This document shows, piece after piece, positions 38,683 to 48,054 of a stretch of DNA of 64,000 nucleotides. The notes beneath the pieces are model-generated. The model searched no databases. It was given only the letters and a program-made list of their open reading frames with translations, and was not told the origin of the DNA. Made by a program: the position numbers and the translations under genes. The stretch lies in assembly GCA_003265975.1 (NCBI GenBank), contig QFBU01000002.1, positions 3,661 to 67,660 of the forward strand. Direction: 5' to 3'. Source of the DNA: Candidatus Marinamargulisbacteria bacterium SCGC AAA071-K20 (lineage in GTDB: Bacteria; Margulisbacteria; Marinamargulisbacteria; GCA-2716485; AAA071-K20). Positions within the stretch are counted from its first letter, which is position 1; every line of letters starts with the position of its first letter.

Positions 38683-39972
38683 TTAGTTCTCTTCAAGCCT
38701 TACTCTAATAACGCTACTTACTTCTTTAACTTCCTTTGAGTCTTTTAAATAAGAAATTGCTGTATTCAAGTCTTTTTCTTTTGTCATATGAGTGACAATG
38801 ACTAAAGAGGCTAGATTATCTTTTGTTTCTTTTTGTAAGATCTTTAAAATACTAATATTGTTGGCACCTAAAGTTCCTGAAATCTTTTCGAGTACGTTTG
38901 AACTATCTTCTACTTCTAATCTAATAAAAAATTGTGAGCTTGTGTCTTCGACTGGAATTAGTTCAACTTTGTTAAGATTTGTCTCTAAATTACGTCTAGA
39001 TGTTTTATTCGTCGAATCAAAAGCGATGTCTATAATATCTGAAATTACTGCAGATCCAGTTGGCGATCCACCGGCACCTTTGCCTGTTAACATCGATTCA
39101 CCTACTGCATTTCCTGTAATATAGACCGCATTGAATTCATTTTTTATCCCGCTTAATAAATGACTCTTCGGAATCATGGTGGGGTGTACTTTGAAACTCA
39201 TTTTTCCGTTATCAAATCGCTTTCCAATGGCTAATAATTTTATACAGTAATCTAACTCTTCTGCGTACTTGATATCTTTTAAGCTTATATTTTCTATTCC
39301 TTCGTAGTAAAGATCTTCGAGTTGGATGTCTACTTTAAAGGCTACAGCGGCAAGTATTACAAGTTTGTGAGCGGCGTCTGTCCCTGCTACATCCATTGTA
39401 GGATCTGCTTCGGCGAGCCCTAGTTCTTGGGCTTTTTTAAGGACGTCTTTAAACTCTGCTTGGTTTTCTTCAATTTTGGTTAGAATGTAGTTAGTCGTTC
39501 CGTTTAATATGCCATAGAGTGACTGAATTTTATTGGCAGAGTATCCTACTTTTAAAGATCTAATGATGGGAATTCCTCCCGCTACTGCGGCTTCAAAATA
39601 AATATCCACGTTGTTTTCTTTTGCTAATTTAAAGAATGTACTTTTATGTTTTGAAACGACTTCTTTATTAGCTGTTACAACAAATTTACCGTGTTCTAAA
39701 GATTTGCAAATATAGTCGTATGCGGGATCAATTCCACCTATAAGCTCTACAATGATACTAATTTCGTCGTCATTTATAAGGTCGTCAAAATTTGTTGTTA
39801 ATTTAGTTCCTGGTTTAACTAAGGGGGTGTATTTTTCAATATTTCTAATTAGTACTGTTTTAATTCGAATTTTTTGACCAATTCTTTCTTCTAGAAGCGC
39901 TTGGTTTTCAGAGATGATGTCTTGAACACCTTTTCCTACATTTCCTAAGCCAATTAAACCTATATTTATCAT
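38683..39972 (-). CDS. hom: Homoserine dehydrogenase (with C-terminal ACT domain)
   Basis: The track starts at 40035. ATG 39972 (AAGGAAC upstream) gives MINIGLIGLGNVGKGV, the NAD-binding GxGxxG N-terminus. GILNGTTNYILT and the LGLAEADPTMDVAGTDAAHKL motifs are present. Confidence 0.9.
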   Translation of the reverse strand: MINIGLIGLGNVGKGVQDIISENQALLEERIGQKIRIKTVLIRNIEKYTPLVKPGTKLTTNFDDLINDDEISIIVELIGGIDPAYDYICKSLEHGKFVVTANKEVVSKHKSTFFKLAKENNVDIYFEAAVAGGIPIIRSLKVGYSANKIQSLYGILNGTTNYILTKIEENQAEFKDVLKKAQELGLAEADPTMDVAGTDAAHKLVILAAVAFKVDIQLEDLYYEGIENISLKDIKYAEELDYCIKLLAIGKRFDNGKMSFKVHPTMIPKSHLLSGIKNEFNAVYITGNAVGESMLTGKGAGGSPTGSAVISDIIDIAFDSTNKTSRRNLETNLNKVELIPVEDTSSQFFIRLEVEDSSNVLEKISGTLGANNISILKILQKETKDNLASLVIVTHMTKEKDLNTAISYLKDSKEVKEVSSVIRVRLEEN

Positions 39973-40066
39973 GTTTGTTCCTTTTACATTGTAGTGTGGA
40001 ACTTTTAATAGTTCCGGAGTAGTAAATTTTACCAAGTAAAGTACAATGGTTAAAGGTAAATAGAAA

Positions 40067-41518
40067 ATGAGTAAGAAAAAAAATATTTGTTTATTATCGT
40101 TAAATAGAGAGCATAGTGCCGTTTATTTGATGGACAAAAAAGGTGATATTGTAGGGGAAGCCGTACAAACCTTAAGTCCTACAAACGAGAATGGTTACAT
40201 TGAGTATGACCCTTTGGAAATTGTGTATAGTGTTCGATCATGTTTTCATCAACTCTTTCAAAAATTTAAATTAACTAAAGACAATGTTGAGGCTATTAGT
40301 ATTGTTAGCTCTAGTTACGCAGTTATGGGATGGAGCAAAAAAAGTAGTATGGCATTGTCGCCTGCTATTTCTACCAAATGTAAGCGAGCCTATTTATGTA
40401 AAACCTTATTAAGTTCAAAAGGGCAACGCCAAATAGTATATGAAAAAACGGGGCTCCACCCTCAAGACTCTTCTAGATTGTCTTTAATGAATTGGTTAAG
40501 TCATCATAATACCGATATTAAAGAAGCTCAAAAAAATGGAGATTTAGCGCTAGCCCCAGTTGAGTCTTGGGTCTTATGGAATTTGACCGGATTAAAAGAA
40601 ATTGAAATTGATGACACCAACGCCTCTCAAACTATGTTTTATAATATTTATGATAGATGTTGGGATGATTATATCTGTAGAGACTTTGAAATTGATAGTT
40701 CAGTGTTACCCACTGTAAAACCAGCTGATAGTATATTTGGCTCTACAAACGGATTTCTTCCTGTTCCAGATGGCATTCCTATTTGCGGGATGCTTCATCG
40801 TATTCATAGTCGCTTACTTTCTTCGATGGATACTCAGTTTAGAACGGCTCATGTCTTTTTGAACTCCCAAAAATTTTCTTTGGTAGTTAATATTGGCCAA
40901 GACTTTACAACTGCTCACCCTGATTTGAAAACTCTTATTGTACCTACTAGCTCGCAAATTCGTTTTGCGCTTGACGCTGTTATAGATTTTCCAAGGATAC
41001 CTTCGCTTATGAGTTCAACAGAATTTGAAGATATTTCTCCTGAAATCTTTGAGAGACTTGCCCAATCAGAGTCTCTTTTATTGTTTCCATCTAAGACTAA
41101 GAATAATAAAGATGGCTCACCGATGGTTCATTTGTTTAATATGTCAGACGATATTTCTGAAGAGGTATTGTTTAGAGCTTATTATAAAAGCTTGGTGTTT
41201 CAGGTAAAATATTTTATTAATCATTTTGAACAACTTACAGGTATTTCTTTAAAAGAAATTACTATTTCTGGGCGACTTTCTAGAAATGAGCTCCTTCGGC
41301 AATTTTTGTCAGATATACTTCAAACCCCTGTAAAACGACTTTACGAAAGTCATACTTATTTAAGAGGGGTATTCTTTTTAGTGGCAAAAAGGCTTGGGTT
41401 TTTACCTGAATCACAATTGAATAAAAAATCTGTTTTCAAGCAACATATTCCTAATATGGACCCGATAAGTAGTTATGCTCAATACAACCAATGGTTGCAA
41501 GTATTTGATAAAATTTGA
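40067..41518 (+). CDS. FGGY carbohydrate-kinase-like protein, divergent (phosphate-1 motif not conserved)
   Basis: Size (483 aa) and layout fit FGGY kinases (YIEYDPLEIVYSV resembles WVEHDPMEIW of GlpK). The N-terminal DxGT(T/S) loop, however, reads SLNREHS. Confidence 0.5.
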   Translation: MSKKKNICLLSLNREHSAVYLMDKKGDIVGEAVQTLSPTNENGYIEYDPLEIVYSVRSCFHQLFQKFKLTKDNVEAISIVSSSYAVMGWSKKSSMALSPAISTKCKRAYLCKTLLSSKGQRQIVYEKTGLHPQDSSRLSLMNWLSHHNTDIKEAQKNGDLALAPVESWVLWNLTGLKEIEIDDTNASQTMFYNIYDRCWDDYICRDFEIDSSVLPTVKPADSIFGSTNGFLPVPDGIPICGMLHRIHSRLLSSMDTQFRTAHVFLNSQKFSLVVNIGQDFTTAHPDLKTLIVPTSSQIRFALDAVIDFPRIPSLMSSTEFEDISPEIFERLAQSESLLLFPSKTKNNKDGSPMVHLFNMSDDISEEVLFRAYYKSLVFQVKYFINHFEQLTGISLKEITISGRLSRNELLRQFLSDILQTPVKRLYESHTYLRGVFFLVAKRLGFLPESQLNKKSVFKQHIPNMDPISSYAQYNQWLQVFDKI

Positions 41519-41541
41519 CTTAATCCCCTATAATAATAGGT

Positions 41542-42183
41542 ATGGAATTAGGAGTAAATTTAGCTGTTGAAGATTTTTCGATAGCCTTAACTGAAGAAGG
41601 CAGTCATGTGGCTAGCATGTCTTTAGCTAAGGCCTACTTATTTTCTGAAAACCTTATGCATTATATAGACTTACTTTGTACCAATGTTGGGAAATCTTAT
41701 ACAGATATAAAGGCTATTGGTGTTGTAAATGGTCCTGGGTCTTATACAGGCTTAAGGCTTTCGGTTGCGCAATGTAAAACGATAGCAAGTATTTTGAACT
41801 GTCCCCTTTATGGTATTGATACCTTTGACGTGATCTTGGATCAGGCCCCAAAATTAACTTCATTAATTGCCGTGATTATTCCTGCACGTAAGCGAGAAGT
41901 AAATCTTAAATTAGCAAAAACTATTGATTGCCCAGAATGGTTAACAGATGAGTTTATGTCTGTGAAATATGACAAGTTAGAGCAGTTTTTTTTAGATTTT
42001 TCTGAGCCTATAACTGTTGTTGGGGCATTGGATGGGATTGACTCTATTTCAGGCAAACATACCTTGTTACCAGCGTCTGTTTCGGCCGAATTTGTTTCTA
42101 AGCGTGCTTATAGATATTTAGAGCAGGGTGAAAAAGGCAACTACTTAAAGGTTCTTCCTAAATACTCTCACCAGGCCGTTTAA
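41542..42183 (+). CDS. tsaB: tRNA t6A biosynthesis protein TsaB (YeaZ)
   Basis: GVVNGPGSYTGLRLSVAQCKTIA is the TsaB/YeaZ signature; 213 aa. Confidence 0.8.
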   Translation: MELGVNLAVEDFSIALTEEGSHVASMSLAKAYLFSENLMHYIDLLCTNVGKSYTDIKAIGVVNGPGSYTGLRLSVAQCKTIASILNCPLYGIDTFDVILDQAPKLTSLIAVIIPARKREVNLKLAKTIDCPEWLTDEFMSVKYDKLEQFFLDFSEPITVVGALDGIDSISGKHTLLPASVSAEFVSKRAYRYLEQGEKGNYLKVLPKYSHQAV

Positions 42184-42231
42184 AGCGTGTCTCAAAAGTA
42201 CCAATTTTGTAACATTGACAAGACGTTTTAA

Positions 42232-42260
42232 TTGACCAAACATGGGTACTTTATATAAAT
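42232..42260 (+). promoter_or_regulatory. Candidate sigma-70 promoter for the sppA-like gene
   Basis: TTGACC (42232-42237), then N16/17, then TATAAA / ATAAAT (42254-42260), about 21 nt upstream of ATG 42281. Confidence 0.45.
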
Positions 42261-42280
42261 AATTATTTTTTGGGAGAGAT

Positions 42281-44713
42281 ATGAAAAACTTTGTTTCTTT
42301 TGTTATGTTTTTAATACTTGTTTTTTCTCTTGGTTCTATTGTTTTTGCTGAGCGTAATTTTGTGGAAACAACCTTACAAGATGGGTTTCAGGTACGAGCA
42401 ATGAGTATGGGTAACGCATATACGTCTATTGCTGAGGCAGACGGTGCTATTTATTACAATCCAGCTGGGCTTTCTATAGAAGGGGCACAGTATTCATACC
42501 AAAAATTTGATGTCAAAAATACTGTCTATCAAGACTTTTCATCCCATACTGTTTATAAATCACCAGTTGGGTATAGCTTTTGGACTAAAAAGAGTAAGGA
42601 TGGAGATCATGTAGATGTTAATGCTATTGGATATGGACACAAAGGGAAAACAGTAAGTTGGGGGGTAAATTATAAAACAATACGTTATAAATTAAATGAT
42701 GAAGAATCTGTAAACGGACAAAGTACAGATATTGGGGTCTTGTTTAATTTGTTTCCTGCAATGAGAGTGGGTGTGATGGCTAAGGACTTTTTTACTAAAG
42801 ATCTGGATAACGTTGGCGCTTCTATTATTACGGGTGTTTCTTTTCATATGAAAAAACGTTTAATTTTGTCTACTGACGTGGCTATTCAAGAAAACGAAGA
42901 GAGTGAAAAAGACTATTTTAGTCGATATGGGATGGAGTTTAAATTAGCAGAAGGCTTAACTTTGAGAAGTGGTTATAATGACCGTGTTTTGTCAGGTGGC
43001 GTAAGTGTGATTTTACCATTTGCACAAATTGATTACGGAATAATGACGTCTCAATATGACGAACATGATAGTCAATATATGATTGCAATGAAGTTAGGTC
43101 GGGGACTTAAGGCCTCTAGGTTACGACGTAGATATAGTTTATTTAAACCAAAGGCCTTTGCTGAGTTTAGTATTGGAAATAATTTAACAGAGGGTAAATC
43201 GGAAGTGAGTCTTTTTGGGGGCTATAAAATTGGGTCAAACGATTTACTACCTCTTATACACTACGCTAAACAAGACAAGAGTTGTGAAGGGTATATCATC
43301 CGAGTGGGGTCTATGTCGTCTAGTTTATCCTCTATTGGGCTTATCCAAGAAATTAGAACCTCTTTAAAACAAGCCAAAAAAGACGGGAAAAAAGTAATCG
43401 TGTATCTAGAAAACTGGGCCACGCTTCCTGAATACTATTTAGCCTCAGTAGCCGACACCATTATTATTCCTGAATTAGGAAGTATTAGCCATCTAGGAAT
43501 TGAAGTGCAGGTCAAAAAAACAAAAAAGTTACTTAATAACTTTGGGCTTGAAAAAGTAATCGTGTCTTCGGGCGTCCATAAAGACTTACTTATGCCGGCT
43601 TCTGATAAACTAACCGCCTTTGACCGTGGTTATATCGAAGATGTGGTCGATTCTTTATATCAGCAAGTACTCAAAGAAATTCAAGAGGATAGACACTTAG
43701 AGATTGATGATCTTATGAAAGCGTTTGACGGACGTATGATTGCAGCTAGGCAAGCTAAAGAGATGGGTCTTGTTGATGAGCTTGCTTATTGGAGTGATGT
43801 TGACGAGATTATAGTAGGAAAAGGGACTAAAGATGCCCCTCCTAGAGAGTTAAATACAGTGAGTATTTTAGAGTTTATGCCTGAAGCACCAAAAATGTCC
43901 TTGTTACATCCATTTAATAGAATTGCAGTGATGGAAGTTGACGGAGCTATACAGCTTGGGAACAACTCTAGTTCATTTTTATTTGGTGGAAAATCTACTG
44001 GTGCTGATCAGTTTGATCAAATCGTGAGTTTATTAGAGAAAGATTGGTCAATCAGGGCCGTTATCATAAGGGTAAATAGTCCTGGTGGAGGAATGTTAGC
44101 TTCTGACAGAATATATCAGGCCATTCATCGTTTAAAGGTTTCGGGTAAGCGTGTGTATACCTCTATGGGTAATATTGCGGCTTCTGGGGGTTATTACGTG
44201 GCCCTGAATTCGGATAAGATATTGGCAAACCCTGGTACTTTAACTGGAAGTGCGGGTATTATATCGTCCTATATGAATTTTGAAGATTTTGATGAGATTT
44301 TGGGAATTGATTATGAAGTAATAAAAACTGGAAAGTATATGGATATAATGAGTTCACATCGAAAACTTTCTGATGATGAAAAACGTTTGCTTCAGGCGCA
44401 TCAAGACCAATACTACAATACTTTTGTTACTAGAATTATGACGAATAGAAACTTGACCTTAGAAGAAGCAATGGACGTCGCTCAAGGCCAAATTGTTACT
44501 GGCAAGGATGCTGTTGATATGAAAATGATTGATAAGGTGGGTGGGCTTTATGATGCAGTGGATGATATATCTAAGGAAATGAAAATTAAAGAGCCACAAG
44601 TTGTTTTTGTTCGTCCGGCTTCTGATATGGCCTTACCGAACTTGAACTTAGGTTTTTTAGCTAAGTTAAATTCATTGTTTAGTAGTCAAACAAAAACTCA
44701 TCTTTATCGATAA
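42281..44713 (+). CDS. sppA: Signal peptide peptidase SppA (67K type, two S49 domains) with an extra ~280-aa N-terminal outer-membrane-barrel-like domain
   Basis: Signal peptide MKNFVSFVMFLILVFSLGSIVFA. The N-domain motif AMSMGNAYTSIAEADGAIYYNPAGL is followed by alternating beta-like segments. The S49 motifs VNSPGGG and GNIAASGGYYVA lie in the C-terminal domain, with a degenerate S49 repeat before it. Confidence 0.8.
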   Translation: MKNFVSFVMFLILVFSLGSIVFAERNFVETTLQDGFQVRAMSMGNAYTSIAEADGAIYYNPAGLSIEGAQYSYQKFDVKNTVYQDFSSHTVYKSPVGYSFWTKKSKDGDHVDVNAIGYGHKGKTVSWGVNYKTIRYKLNDEESVNGQSTDIGVLFNLFPAMRVGVMAKDFFTKDLDNVGASIITGVSFHMKKRLILSTDVAIQENEESEKDYFSRYGMEFKLAEGLTLRSGYNDRVLSGGVSVILPFAQIDYGIMTSQYDEHDSQYMIAMKLGRGLKASRLRRRYSLFKPKAFAEFSIGNNLTEGKSEVSLFGGYKIGSNDLLPLIHYAKQDKSCEGYIIRVGSMSSSLSSIGLIQEIRTSLKQAKKDGKKVIVYLENWATLPEYYLASVADTIIIPELGSISHLGIEVQVKKTKKLLNNFGLEKVIVSSGVHKDLLMPASDKLTAFDRGYIEDVVDSLYQQVLKEIQEDRHLEIDDLMKAFDGRMIAARQAKEMGLVDELAYWSDVDEIIVGKGTKDAPPRELNTVSILEFMPEAPKMSLLHPFNRIAVMEVDGAIQLGNNSSSFLFGGKSTGADQFDQIVSLLEKDWSIRAVIIRVNSPGGGMLASDRIYQAIHRLKVSGKRVYTSMGNIAASGGYYVALNSDKILANPGTLTGSAGIISSYMNFEDFDEILGIDYEVIKTGKYMDIMSSHRKLSDDEKRLLQAHQDQYYNTFVTRIMTNRNLTLEEAMDVAQGQIVTGKDAVDMKMIDKVGGLYDAVDDISKEMKIKEPQVVFVRPASDMALPNLNLGFLAKLNSLFSSQTKTHLYR

Positions 44714-44722
44714 GGTTTTTCC

Positions 44723-44944
44723 TTAAGCAGAACCGTCTTCAATTCCTTCAATTTCGTCATCTGAACTTGTAAATAAGTTGTTTTCGTCTTTAGTTATGCC
44801 TGTGGGGGTGTCTACTTCTACAAAGTCTTTCCCTGATTTTCCGAATGGATTAGGGTCCGTTTCTTTTGGTTTAGTCGTTGGGCTAGCTTTACCTGAAAAA
44901 AGCGAGAAAAACGATGAAAATAAGTCTCCAAGAAAATTAAACAT
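44723..44944 (-). CDS. Small (73-aa) hypothetical protein with an acidic C-terminus
   Basis: ATG preceded by AAAGGAG at 7 nt. There is a short hydrophobic N-terminus FLGDLFSSFFSLF. No motif recognised. Confidence 0.5.
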   Translation of the reverse strand: MFNFLGDLFSSFFSLFSGKASPTTKPKETDPNPFGKSGKDFVEVDTPTGITKDENNLFTSSDDEIEGIEDGSA

Positions 44945-45057
44945 AACTAACTCCTTTTTATTAATTTTAACATGTGAAGATATTTTAAAAAACAGAATGT
45001 TTGAAAAATGCTCATTTTGGGAAAAAATAATTAAAGAATATTCAAAAGGTGGGGAAA

Positions 45058-45390
45058 ATGCACTTCAAGTCTTTTCTAGTTATATTAATGTCTCTAACAA
45101 TACCTGTATTTGGAGGGATTCAGACCATTCCAATTGACAAGGATGTAGCTTCGTTAGTGACTAAGGAGATGTCACGTGTAAAACCTGCTAAAAAATATAC
45201 TAAATATGAGTATCGATCCTCGGGGAAAACTAAAGACTTACTAACTATTATTACCCTTCAAAAAAAAGAAATTAAGTCGCTTCAAAAAAATCTTCGATTG
45301 TCTATGTTTGAGATAAAAAAGTTAGAGGCTCGGGTTCAAGTTGTAGAAAATAGAATGCAGCAAAAATATACGTATGTTGAGTATAAATGA
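45058..45390 (+). CDS. Secreted coiled-coil protein, unknown function
   Basis: The track uses GTG 45049. ATG 45058 has AAGGTGG 6 nt upstream. MHFKSFLVILMSLTIPVFGG is a signal peptide, and the C-terminal half (KKEIKSLQKNLRLSMFEIKKLEARVQVVENRMQ) is heptad-like. Confidence 0.5.
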   Translation: MHFKSFLVILMSLTIPVFGGIQTIPIDKDVASLVTKEMSRVKPAKKYTKYEYRSSGKTKDLLTIITLQKKEIKSLQKNLRLSMFEIKKLEARVQVVENRMQQKYTYVEYK

Positions 45391-45399
45391 TGGGGAATT

Positions 45400-46821
45400 A
45401 TGTTTAATTTAGATCATTATGACAGCTTGTCTACTCAATTAGTTATTATTCAAAATGACTATTCATTTTCTTGTTCAGGGCATATAGATTGTAGGAATAA
45501 GTCAGAGATTGAATCTGAATTTTTGATACTTAAGTCGTATATAGACCTGTCCCCTTCTCGTATAGTGATTGATATTGCCAATTTAGAGTTTATTAATTCG
45601 ATAGGGTTATGTGTACTACAGGATCTAGTAACAAGCATAAGTAAAAAAAGTATCTTTTTGACTTTATGTGTTGATTCTAAATGCAAGTCTCAAGAAAAAC
45701 TTCTCTCAGCTTTTAATACACAGATAAATTTAAAAAAACTCACACTAAAAGATATTCGTGGAGTCATTAATTTACCGTTATCTTCTTTTTCGTCTGACAC
45801 ATTTGAGATTAAGGCAGCGGATACTTTTGTCCCTTTTTTAAGTAATGACATTGAAACTAAAGAGCAGCTGCATTATGCCCTTGATATGGCAGACAATAAT
45901 TTAACTATTTTGATTACTGGCGAAACAGGCACTGGAAAAGAAGCGTTGGTCAGAGCTATATTTCAGGCATCAAATAGGGCAGGGAAGTCTACGATTACGC
46001 AGGTATCTACACTTGATAATGGAGACTTGTTTTTTGCAGAACTGTTTGGATATAAGAAAGGCGCGTTTACCGATGCTACTGAAAGTAAGAATGGGAAAGT
46101 AAGTGAATGTGATAAAGGTATGTTAGCTATTGATGAGTTTGGAGAACTTAATCCTTCAATGCAGGCAAAATTATTGCAATTTACCTCTGACAAACGATAT
46201 GAGCCCCTAGGCCAAATTGGAGAGGATCCCCTACATTCAGATGTTAAGTTGTTACTTCTAACTAATAAAGATCTAGAGCTTGAGGTTAGAGCCGGTCGGT
46301 TTAGGCAAGATTTATACGAACGGATTAAGACATGTAATATTCATCTTAAGCCATTAAGAGAAAGAAAAGACGATATTGAGCTTTTGTTTAGATATTATGT
46401 TAGTAAGTATTTAAAGGAAAGCGGAAAAGTCACACTAAAAGTTCAAACGGATGTTCTTGTATTGTTGCAAGGATATAACTGGCCAGGAAATATACGTGAG
46501 CTTGAAAACATTACTAGGCTACTTGTGTACTCCAATAAAACGGGGTGTATTATGGTTAATGACTTTAACGGAAAACTCACACAAAAAGAGCAGCTAGATA
46601 CAGAGGATGCTTTTAATTATTTTGATATGGAACAGATGAAAAAGGAATATTTAGTAATGAGGTCTTTAAAGGAATTAGTGTGGGATTCGTATATAGAGAA
46701 ATATGATCATTTTATGGCAGAGGCTCATGGCGATAAAAAGCAAGTTGCGTCTATTATGGATGTGAGTTTGCGGCAAGTTTATGAAATTGAAAAAATTAAA
46801 CGTGATCGTTCTGCAAGTTAA
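45400..46821 (+). CDS. Sigma-54 enhancer-binding protein with an N-terminal STAS-like (anti-sigma antagonist) domain
   Basis: The N-terminus ...RIVIDIANLEFINSIGLCVLQDL resembles the STAS core with its conserved Ser. The AAA+ module has ITGETGTGKEALVRAI, AELFGYKKGAFTDA, LAIDEFGEL, RQDLYERI and GNIRELENI. The C-terminal HTH is KKQVASIMDVSLRQVYEIEK. Confidence 0.75.
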   Translation: MFNLDHYDSLSTQLVIIQNDYSFSCSGHIDCRNKSEIESEFLILKSYIDLSPSRIVIDIANLEFINSIGLCVLQDLVTSISKKSIFLTLCVDSKCKSQEKLLSAFNTQINLKKLTLKDIRGVINLPLSSFSSDTFEIKAADTFVPFLSNDIETKEQLHYALDMADNNLTILITGETGTGKEALVRAIFQASNRAGKSTITQVSTLDNGDLFFAELFGYKKGAFTDATESKNGKVSECDKGMLAIDEFGELNPSMQAKLLQFTSDKRYEPLGQIGEDPLHSDVKLLLLTNKDLELEVRAGRFRQDLYERIKTCNIHLKPLRERKDDIELLFRYYVSKYLKESGKVTLKVQTDVLVLLQGYNWPGNIRELENITRLLVYSNKTGCIMVNDFNGKLTQKEQLDTEDAFNYFDMEQMKKEYLVMRSLKELVWDSYIEKYDHFMAEAHGDKKQVASIMDVSLRQVYEIEKIKRDRSAS

Positions 46822-46838
46822 TAAGGTATTATTCTTTT

Positions 46839-47228
46839 ATGAGTTTAATAAGTAAAAAAGAAACCATTCTAAAAAACTTTAACTGTCAGCAGAGTGGTAA
46901 TTGTTGTAAATGTCCTGGGTATGTTTATGTTGAAGAGAGTGATATCTCTAACATGGCTGAAATCAAAAAAGAATCTGTAAGTGACTTCAAGAAGAATTAT
47001 GTTCAAAGACAAAAGTCTTGGCAGTTGATTGCTAGCCCTAATTTTAGACCTAATTGCTTCTTAGATGACAATAATGGGTGTTCTGTTTATGAAGCTCGAC
47101 CTAAGGCATGTCGAACGTATCCGAATTGGCCTGAGATTTGGGTGTCTGATGAGGCTCTTTTACAAGAAATGAAGGTTTGTCCCGCTCTAAAGAAGTCTGT
47201 TCAGAGTATAGAAAACTCAGATGACTAG
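46839..47228 (+). CDS. YkgJ-family (CxxCxxCC) zinc/iron-chelating protein
   Basis: CQQSGNCCKCPGYV plus CSVYEARPKACRTYP is the UPF0153/YkgJ cysteine-cluster pattern. Confidence 0.75.
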   Translation: MSLISKKETILKNFNCQQSGNCCKCPGYVYVEESDISNMAEIKKESVSDFKKNYVQRQKSWQLIASPNFRPNCFLDDNNGCSVYEARPKACRTYPNWPEIWVSDEALLQEMKVCPALKKSVQSIENSDD

Positions 47229-48054
47229 CTATTTTTTTGAATTGGTCTAATTGCAGAGACTGTTTATGGAACTTTATATAGATGGAATGTGTCCACTCGG
47301 TGTTTGTTATTGGAATGGCGCCAATGGAGCTTGGAAGGGACGCTATATAGCTTTTTGGTAGGATACTTAACCATCCGCTGTTTTCAATAAATTGTAGCAA
47401 TGAGTCTAGGGTATGCGTATTATTTAGTTCTTTTTTGTTTTTGTGCTTTTTTAGCCACGTATAGGGGGCTGACCCTCTAAACTCATCAAGAATGAGAATA
47501 GACTCTCCTAGGAGTAGCTTTTGCTTGCTTTCTTTAAATTGTGATAGGTAATGATTCTTTGGAAATATTATATAAAAAGGGTCTTGGATTACTTTAATGT
47601 GGTCGGTCTGTTTTTGACTTTTAGTTGATGTGCTTATTATTAGGTCTAAATTTAAATTATTTAAGTCTTTATCTAGACTAGTGTCATCGTTTTCTAATAT
47701 GGCGATGTTTTCTGAAATTAAATGCTTAATGAGTTGTTTCTTTATACTTGGCGCAATGCAGTTGTCTAGTCCGCATTTAAGAGATGTGTCTTTGATTAAT
47801 TTTTCAGCATAACTAGTAAAGGTTTTGTGTCTGAGTACTACCTGCTTGGCTTTATTTAGTAAAAGTTGTCCGTAGGGACTTAATTTTACTGATCGTTTTG
47901 TCCTATGAAATAAATCTAACCCTAATTTTCTTTCTAATAATTTTATTTGTGCACTAAGTGTTGGTTGAGTAACCCCACAACGCTGGGCAGCCTCGTGAAA
48001 GTTTAGGGTTTCTGATAACTCTATAAAATATTTTAGATGTTTTATGTCACTCAT
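47101..48054 (-). CDS. LysR-family transcriptional regulator
   Basis: IKHLKYFIELSETLNFHEAAQRCGVTQPTLSAQIKLLERKLGLDLFHRTKRSVKLSPYG is the LysR HTH. The ORF runs 128 nt into the 3' end of the convergent ykgJ-like gene. Confidence 0.87.
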   Translation of the reverse strand: MSDIKHLKYFIELSETLNFHEAAQRCGVTQPTLSAQIKLLERKLGLDLFHRTKRSVKLSPYGQLLLNKAKQVVLRHKTFTSYAEKLIKDTSLKCGLDNCIAPSIKKQLIKHLISENIAILENDDTSLDKDLNNLNLDLIISTSTKSQKQTDHIKVIQDPFYIIFPKNHYLSQFKESKQKLLLGESILILDEFRGSAPYTWLKKHKNKKELNNTHTLDSLLQFIENSGWLSILPKSYIASLPSSIGAIPITNTEWTHSIYIKFHKQSLQLDQFKKIASHLSFLYSEQTSLERDKPSFLVKEPHQTPKSQANSDTFDMP

